Positions 58,463-64,000 of a DNA stretch of 64,000 nucleotides are shown here, in pieces. Where the stretch lies: the IMG/VR virus record IMGVR_UViG_3300045988_133913, positions 2,382-66,381 of that record; one strand, 5' to 3'. Each line of letters opens with the position of its first letter. Position 1 is the stretch's first letter. The notes beneath the pieces were generated by a model. The model was not told the DNA's origin. It saw only the letters and a program-made list of their open reading frames with translations, and did no database searches. The position numbers and the translations under genes were made by a program. The stretch comes from a virus.

Positions 58463-60529
58463 ATGTCTTGCAAGATGACCCTTGATGTCAAGGATTTACA
58501 GAAACACCTTAAAGACGATTTTGTCAGTAAAGGCGAAATTGTTAATGGCAATACCCTGAAATTAACTCGTGAACAGGGCGGTACAGTTGAAGTCGTTTTA
58601 CCGGAAGGACAAAAGATTACGTCTTTCGATTTGGCAAATCGTGGCGGTAAGAATGTTTTAGAATTAAAAACATCTGACGGTAAAACGTTTACTGCGCATC
58701 TCCCAGAGGCACGGCAGACAGAAGACAAACACGTTACAGCCTTTGAAATAAATACCGTAGGCAATGACACGAGCCTGACACTTCGTCGTAGTGATGGTGA
58801 GAAGTTTGTGGTGCATCTGCCGCCGCAACAGCAAGGCGGTGGAGGCGGTACAGACCTTCATATCACAGGGTTTGAGTATGAGCCGAGAATAAAACCCGGC
58901 AAAACTGTGATTAGCCATACGTTGGTTATTACTCGCAGCGACAATAAGACCTTTGAGGTTGAGATACCGATTCCCAACGTTGGTGGCAATCCTGGCAACC
59001 CCGGGGGCACAGATATTTATCTGACCGATTTGGTTACTGGTGTTCCGCCAGTCGAAAAGTTAGAAGATGTAGGTGATGGATATTATTTTACCAAGAATAT
59101 TCCCCTGCAAGGTGTACTCAATAACGGTAATCTCGTAGAAACTAAACAACCGCATAACCGTTTGTATTTCTCCGCCCAGAAGTCAGATGACCCTAGAGAA
59201 GCCGTTGAGCGTCGTCCGGTTATGGATATTACGTTAGGCGCAAACGGTACGGAGTTGCGTGTTGTCCGTGATGATACCTCCATTACGACACTTAGCCTTC
59301 CCGCTGGCGGTGGCGGCGGTGGCGGTGGCGGTGGCGGCGCAGACAAGTTTGTGTCGGGTCTGAACAGTACGATTGAGTACGGCGACACCCGAACCGTAGG
59401 CGGAGTTTCGTACAGTAAGGCGACCATTACTGCGCGCTTCAACGACGGGACTTCTGTATCGACTAAGCTGCCGTTTGAGGTAGCTTTTGACGAGCGCACT
59501 GGAGAGCAGCTTTTCCCCGGCGCTGGCGGCGGTGCAGCAGGCACTACCGTAGTTAAAGATGTCGCGCCTAGCACTTCCAAAAACCGCACGATTGTTATTA
59601 CGGATTCTAAGGGTGTTACCAAAGAACTTACCTTGCCGGATAACTGGTTTAACGGTAAAGACGGCAAAGACGGTAAAGACGCGGATTCCGTTAAAGGGCA
59701 ATTTATCACGCAGGATATGTTCAGGAAATTCCACGAAGCGAATATTATTGCCGAGCAATTAGCCGCGCCGATTCAGATTGGAGCTTATATTGGTAATGAA
59801 TTGCCGTTGCCGGGTAATATTCAGGCTGGTGAGGCTAAGTTTGTGGTTGCCCCATATCTTCCGAAGTTGGCGTCAGAGTTTGTTATAAACAAGCCACAGG
59901 GGGCGCAAGTCCATGAGGGTACTGTTTATAATTCCCCGTTATCAGTACGTCCAGTTAAGGGTTTGGCTACTTCGTGGGTAAATCTGATTCCGGGCTTCGA
60001 CAAAATTGCACCTGCTGACGCATGGTCATATCTGGAGGCTAAATACTATGGCGAAGAAGGAAGAACCCCAGGGTTCCTGAGCGGCGCGGCGAGTAACACT
60101 TGGCATCCGGGTCATGCGTACCGTACTATTCCGCTCGCTAAACCGTTACTTAGCGCAGATAATATGTTCTTGCCAGTGCCGATGCGATTCCATGCGTTTA
60201 ACTACCATATTCACGGTGCTACTTTCGCTATGGACGTATTTGAGCTGGTGGATATTGCGGACAACGGTGGGCTGATACAGACCGATAAGATGTTCTACCG
60301 TGGTACTATGTACACCCAAACCTTCCCGCACGGGGATGGTTACTTCCCTGCGTTTATATCTGTTGAAGGTATGGCTCACGCGGAATACTTGAAGTTGGCA
60401 TCCCGTTTGTCTAACTTTGTTATTTTCCGTATCCGCGAAATACGCGAGCAGGAAGAAAAGAACTTCGCAGCGGATAAGTTATTCGATGCGTATGAAACTT
60501 ACGGTGTCGGGCGACCGAACCACGGATAA
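58463..60529 (+). CDS. tail fibre / receptor-binding protein candidate with internal repeats
   Basis: Four ~40-aa tandem repeats (..TL.L.R.DG.kF.v.LP.), poly-Gly runs, a collagen-like DGKDGKDGKD and a low-GC 5' end. Confidence 0.55.
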   Translation: MSCKMTLDVKDLQKHLKDDFVSKGEIVNGNTLKLTREQGGTVEVVLPEGQKITSFDLANRGGKNVLELKTSDGKTFTAHLPEARQTEDKHVTAFEINTVGNDTSLTLRRSDGEKFVVHLPPQQQGGGGGTDLHITGFEYEPRIKPGKTVISHTLVITRSDNKTFEVEIPIPNVGGNPGNPGGTDIYLTDLVTGVPPVEKLEDVGDGYYFTKNIPLQGVLNNGNLVETKQPHNRLYFSAQKSDDPREAVERRPVMDITLGANGTELRVVRDDTSITTLSLPAGGGGGGGGGGGADKFVSGLNSTIEYGDTRTVGGVSYSKATITARFNDGTSVSTKLPFEVAFDERTGEQLFPGAGGGAAGTTVVKDVAPSTSKNRTIVITDSKGVTKELTLPDNWFNGKDGKDGKDADSVKGQFITQDMFRKFHEANIIAEQLAAPIQIGAYIGNELPLPGNIQAGEAKFVVAPYLPKLASEFVINKPQGAQVHEGTVYNSPLSVRPVKGLATSWVNLIPGFDKIAPADAWSYLEAKYYGEEGRTPGFLSGAASNTWHPGHAYRTIPLAKPLLSADNMFLPVPMRFHAFNYHIHGATFAMDVFELVDIADNGGLIQTDKMFYRGTMYTQTFPHGDGYFPAFISVEGMAHAEYLKLASRLSNFVIFRIREIREQEEKNFAADKLFDAYETYGVGRPNHG
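59306..59338 (+). repeat. (GGC/GGT)11 trinucleotide repeat encoding Gly11
   Basis: ggcggtggcggcggtggcggtggcggtggcggc. Confidence 0.7.
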
Positions 60530-60540
60530 GGAGAAACTAA

Positions 60541-60681
60541 ATGTCTTGCTCATCATGCAAACAAGGTAATACGGGTGGTCGGATTATTCCGGTCATCCCG
60601 CGTCAGCAGCCGCAAGAGCCGAAGCAAAGCCACGCACTTCCCAAAGACGTGCGTAACAAACTACGGTATAACGGCAAATGA
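60541..60681 (+). CDS. small ORF (46 aa, Cys/Pro/Gln-rich)
   Basis: AAGGAG SD then ATG 60541, with an ATGA overlap to the next gene. Too short for the track. Confidence 0.35.
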   Translation: MSCSSCKQGNTGGRIIPVIPRQQPQEPKQSHALPKDVRNKLRYNGK

Positions 60682-60917
60682 AAAAGGACGTCTTCATTGC
60701 GCTGCCGGATGATTCCTGCAAAGAATTTATTGCTTTCCTCGAAGGCAAAATTGAGCAATGTCGCCGCGACAGCCAGCAGGCTGCGGCGGCGTTCACCCTG
60801 AAAATGGACGAGAGTCAGCGCGGGGTGGCGCTCTTGGCTGCGGGTAGTCAGGCAGCGTATGAGGACGTGTTACAAGCATTCAAACAAGGTATGGGATTGA
60901 AATATGGCAAAAATTGA
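60678..60917 (+). CDS. hypothetical protein
   Basis: 79 aa. Confidence 0.45.
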   Translation: MKKDVFIALPDDSCKEFIAFLEGKIEQCRRDSQQAAAAFTLKMDESQRGVALLAAGSQAAYEDVLQAFKQGMGLKYGKN

Positions 60918-61773
60918 CTTTAGCGCGCCGTCTATCGACGAGCGCCGGGCAAACGCTGCTGCGGCAGCGCAGGCGGTTGCACAAGCTGCGGTAAACACGG
61001 ATATTCCTGAAGATGACCCGTTGCTGTACGGTACAGGGGCTGAACCGGCTGATGAGGACGGAGACCAAGACGACGATAGCTGGTTAGACCAGTTGACGCC
61101 TTTCCAGTCAGAAACCGGGGAAACGAATCCATACGCGCGTGTAGCCGCGCCAGCGGCACCACAAGCGCCGGAAGCACCGAAGGAAGGGTTTACCCCGCAG
61201 CAACAGCAGGAGAACCTTGACAAGCTGTATGAGGGGCTGGAGCATTTGGACGAGGATTCAGCTCGTGAGCTGAAGACGAAAATCCTAGACCCGGTGTTGA
61301 CCAAGCAGGAAGAACGTTTAGCCCGTCTGGAGAAGGAGCGCCAGCAGGAAGCAGCGCAGCAAGCGAAGACACGATTGGACGTAGCAACTAAAAAGATTTT
61401 GTCAAAACATCCAAAAGCTGCTAGTATTCTCCAAAGCACTCAGTTTATTGAGTTTATTAACTCCGGTGTATCGAAATACGCCACCGAGAAACCAAGTGAT
61501 TTATTAGCCGCCGCATATTATCAGCACGGGGACGCTGAGTATGTGATTGGCGAACTCGACAAATTTGTCGAGTCGCGGAAGAAGCCGAAACCACCCGTGG
61601 GTGCTGAACCGCAACAAGGTAGGGGGACAAGCGGGGTCGCTCCGGCGAAAGCTGGACGCAAGATGAGCTACGCGGAATACGAAGCGAAGGCACAGGCGAT
61701 TATGGCTGCGCCGCGCGGAACATATCCGCCTCATGCGTTACGCGACCTTGAATTACAGTACCATAGCCAATAG
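60904..61773 (+). CDS. scaffolding protein candidate
   Basis: Acidic, coiled-coil and Ala/Gln-rich, 289 aa, immediately upstream of the capsid gene. Confidence 0.5.
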   Translation: MAKIDFSAPSIDERRANAAAAAQAVAQAAVNTDIPEDDPLLYGTGAEPADEDGDQDDDSWLDQLTPFQSETGETNPYARVAAPAAPQAPEAPKEGFTPQQQQENLDKLYEGLEHLDEDSARELKTKILDPVLTKQEERLARLEKERQQEAAQQAKTRLDVATKKILSKHPKAASILQSTQFIEFINSGVSKYATEKPSDLLAAAYYQHGDAEYVIGELDKFVESRKKPKPPVGAEPQQGRGTSGVAPAKAGRKMSYAEYEAKAQAIMAAPRGTYPPHALRDLELQYHSQ

Positions 61774-61782
61774 AGGTTACTA

Positions 61783-62751
61783 ATGTCAAAACCTATCGCT
61801 GCAAGTGGTTACAAGGATATATTCGCGACCCCGCTTGGGAAGGGTGTCGAATATGGTGGGACTATTATCCGACGCAACATCGAAGATAGTCTCATCCCGT
61901 ATATCTGTAATACGACTATCCTGAAACCGCTTACCCAATGTGCTGAACTCATCGAGTTCCGCAAACCCGCCGAAGTCGGCGCATGGCGTCCGTATGAGAT
62001 GAACCAGCGCCTGATTCCTGATGAGCCGCATTCTGACCGGATGTGCATTCAGATTTGTAATCAGGCATACAAGTCCATCAAAATCGACAAGGAAACCATC
62101 CGCCGCGCCTGTAATTACTGGGATGCCTACGAGCAGGAGTTCTTGGATTCCGCATGGAATAACCTCGAAGAACTGCTGAACAACGATGTCCTGACCGGCA
62201 TGATGACCCAAGTTGCCAGTTACAACATTGGTAAACAGGCGGGTCGCTACGGCAACATCGACCTCGGTTCGCTGACTGCGCCGCTCGACCTGACCCCGGA
62301 CAATATCGTGGTGTTCTTCGATAAGATGAAGACTACGCTGAAAGAAGCCAAACGCTGGTATCCGGGTGAGATGGTGCTGGTTATTCCCGAAGCGCTGGAA
62401 ACCCTGCTGCTGGTTACACTGTTTAATAAACAGATGTGCTGCAGCACCGGGGAACTCCTGCTGTTCAAAGGACTGGTTGCCAAGAACATCCTCGGATTCA
62501 CCGTGGTTTCTAGCCCGCGTCTGCGCCCGACGATTGACCCGGCGACCAAGAAGCTGGTTTACCCGGTTCTGGCGGCTTGGAACGAGGCTTACGCCCACAC
62601 GTCCCAGATTGTTGAAGCGAATCTGGAGAACATTCCGCAGTCTTTCGGCGTGCAGTACAATATGCTCTGCGTCTATGGCGGCGGCGTGATTTACCCGGAT
62701 GCGATGGCACTTGCCTACGCTTCCTTCTCAACTTCTGGTCTTGCACCGTAA
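61783..62751 (+). CDS. major capsid protein candidate
   Basis: 322 aa with a GAGG SD. It follows the scaffold-like gene, and the next gene has a very strong RBS. Confidence 0.5.
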   Translation: MSKPIAASGYKDIFATPLGKGVEYGGTIIRRNIEDSLIPYICNTTILKPLTQCAELIEFRKPAEVGAWRPYEMNQRLIPDEPHSDRMCIQICNQAYKSIKIDKETIRRACNYWDAYEQEFLDSAWNNLEELLNNDVLTGMMTQVASYNIGKQAGRYGNIDLGSLTAPLDLTPDNIVVFFDKMKTTLKEAKRWYPGEMVLVIPEALETLLLVTLFNKQMCCSTGELLLFKGLVAKNILGFTVVSSPRLRPTIDPATKKLVYPVLAAWNEAYAHTSQIVEANLENIPQSFGVQYNMLCVYGGGVIYPDAMALAYASFSTSGLAP

Positions 62752-62763
62752 GGGAGGAAAACA

Positions 62764-63387
62764 ATGGCTCATATACAAATGTGGGTACAAGGCGAACAGT
62801 CTCTTGTGTCCCTCGACTGCGGGGAGATTTACAAATTCTCTTGCCCGAAATCCAAGCGCACGGCGATTGAGTACGACCGTGGTTACTTCACCCACACCGC
62901 CGTTCTCTCGCCGAACCAAGCATACGACCAGCGCGGACAGGAGTCCCAAGTGTGGCGTATGCTGCAAGAGGCTAAGGTAGGCGACTACCTCTGGCTGGTG
63001 CTTGTTCCGCCGATGCACAAAATCGACGACGTGTTCGCTTACAACGACACGCTCATGATGGAGAACTCCTCTCTGGCGTCCTTCGGCGGCATCTCCGTTT
63101 CGCTGGTAACAGGCAAGTTCAAAGCCCCGGATGCGGACAAGAACTGCCCGATGGCTGGCGAAGAATCGCACGGCACGCTGGCATTCCCGGAACACACCGT
63201 GGCAACGCCTGCCAAAGCCCAGTTCTTGTCCAAAGACGTGACTATGGTAAACGACCTCGAAACATGGACAGGCGTCGGCTTGAAGATTGACGCGCTGCCG
63301 AAAGACGGTGCGCTCGCTAACATCACCGGACGTCTGGTGGTTGGCGCGCACACCCGCGACTACGAAGGTCAAATCACCCTGTTGTAA
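62764..63387 (+). CDS. hypothetical structural protein (decoration/head-associated?)
   Basis: AAGGGAGG SD, 207 aa. Confidence 0.5.
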   Translation: MAHIQMWVQGEQSLVSLDCGEIYKFSCPKSKRTAIEYDRGYFTHTAVLSPNQAYDQRGQESQVWRMLQEAKVGDYLWLVLVPPMHKIDDVFAYNDTLMMENSSLASFGGISVSLVTGKFKAPDADKNCPMAGEESHGTLAFPEHTVATPAKAQFLSKDVTMVNDLETWTGVGLKIDALPKDGALANITGRLVVGAHTRDYEGQITLL

Positions 63388-63396
63388 GGAGGGCAA

Positions 63397-63567
63397 ATGG
63401 CTGACAAAAGCAAAATCTCCTCGCTGAAAGCCAAGTCCAAAATGATGAAGCCTGCTTCATCTGCGGAACAGGCAATCAAGGGGAACAAAGCAAAAAAATC
63501 TGACATTGATATGCCTAAGAGCATGGGCGATAAAAAGTCCAAACTCAAGGCGAAGTCGATGATGTAA
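63397..63567 (+). CDS. small highly basic Lys/Ser-rich protein (56 aa)
   Basis: AAGGAGGG SD. MADKSKISSLKAKSKMMKP...KSKLKAKSMM. Confidence 0.45.
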   Translation: MADKSKISSLKAKSKMMKPASSAEQAIKGNKAKKSDIDMPKSMGDKKSKLKAKSMM

Positions 63568-63570
63568 CCA

Positions 63571-63595
63571 GTGCCGCCTTCGGGCGGCGCTTTCA
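63571..63595 (+). terminator. UUCG-tetraloop hairpin, terminator candidate
   Basis: GCCGCC ttcg GGCGGC then gcTTTC. The T tract is weak. Confidence 0.35.
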
Positions 63596-63610
63596 AATAT
63601 GGGGGAAACT

Positions 63611-63901
63611 ATGAGTGCTTCTGCTGAACGAACCGACCCGATGTCTTTCGTCGGAAACCCGACCATCAAGACAACCGAATTTACCACGACGTATCCGCCG
63701 CTGGAGAACGTCGATGCGCCCTACCTGCTGAACAAGGGCAACAACCAGCTTTACCCGAACATCCCGGAGCTGCGCGCCCGCTCGGACGCCTACGTACCGT
63801 ACTACGGCGAGGTCGCGGTGAATAACGCCAGCGCGGAAGTAACCGCGCTCAACAAGGCGATTGCGCCTACCGAAACTGACGAATCAATGGCTGCCCTATG
63901 A
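63611..63901 (+). CDS. hypothetical protein
   Basis: ATG 63611 with a GGGGGAA SD, 96 aa. Confidence 0.45.
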   Translation: MSASAERTDPMSFVGNPTIKTTEFTTTYPPLENVDAPYLLNKGNNQLYPNIPELRARSDAYVPYYGEVAVNNASAEVTALNKAIAPTETDESMAAL

Positions 63902-64000
63902 GAAACCTTCTGCTGACTTACGCTAGAGACCTAGACGACGCTCGCCCCGGCTATGAGTTTTCTATCTGGTCGGCAGAGCAGCTTTTGGGCTATTTCAACG
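63898..64000 (+). CDS. 5' end of a downstream gene (partial)
   Basis: ATGA overlap with the previous gene. The ORF runs open to the window edge (MRNLLLTYARDLDDARPGYEFSIWSAEQLLGYFN). Confidence 0.4.
   Translation, partial: MRNLLLTYARDLDDARPGYEFSIWSAEQLLGYFN

Noticed and set aside
58463-60529. Diversity-generating retroelement targeting the tail fibre
   Set aside because: No reverse-transcriptase gene (no YxDD motif ORF) and no template/variable repeat pair found near the fibre gene.

Overview
This 64-kb window is a phage genome segment with three transcription blocks, roughly 58–62% GC, and it looks like nearly a whole podovirus-like lytic genome. Block 1 (+ strand, 200–21930) holds a small low-GC moron cassette, then virion and ejection-protein genes, a putative cell-wall hydrolase and a giant 3564-aa virion protein (8068–18762). 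Three small Cys-rich genes follow, then a lysis cassette with two membrane proteins, an i-spanin, a Cys/His endolysin and a separately placed o-spanin lipoprotein. Block 2 (− strand, 52245 down to 22002) is the early/replication arm. It encodes a family A DNA polymerase, a PrimPol–D5 helicase fusion, an SF2 helicase, a VRR-NUC nuclease, a free-standing HNH endonuclease behind a terminator, a Cas4-like exonuclease, ThyX, a MazG-like protein and an HU-like protein. It also carries many small genes, including two paralogous families, a recurring 'CAACCCTAACCCCTAAC' upstream motif, two low-GC islands and a G12 homopolymer. The two arms converge on a bidirectional terminator at about 21950–21984. 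A 2.4-kb non-coding region (49331–51771) separates the early arm from block 3. It holds an iteron-like array, a (TA)7-T18 unwinding element, GC hairpins with 3-nt loops, long inverted repeats and a G-rich block, and is a candidate origin, packaging or early-promoter region. Block 3 (+ strand, 52505 to the end) encodes small and large terminase, portal, an antisense gene, a repeat-rich tail fibre, scaffold, major capsid and small basic proteins. The giant protein is in the size class of N4 gp50 or Bcep22 gp75, but I recognise no T7-like RNA polymerase motifs and the gene order is not N4-like. It carries an internal hydrophobic segment followed by a domain resembling an L,D-transpeptidase (a peptidoglycan cross-linking enzyme). 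No CRISPR array, rRNA or convincing tRNA was found. The six-frame track coordinates include the stop codon, and several starts were moved to better ATG/GTG codons with Shine-Dalgarno support. Many neighbouring genes overlap by ATGA, TGATG or GTGA, which suggests translational coupling. All functional calls rest on motifs recognised by eye, not on database searches.
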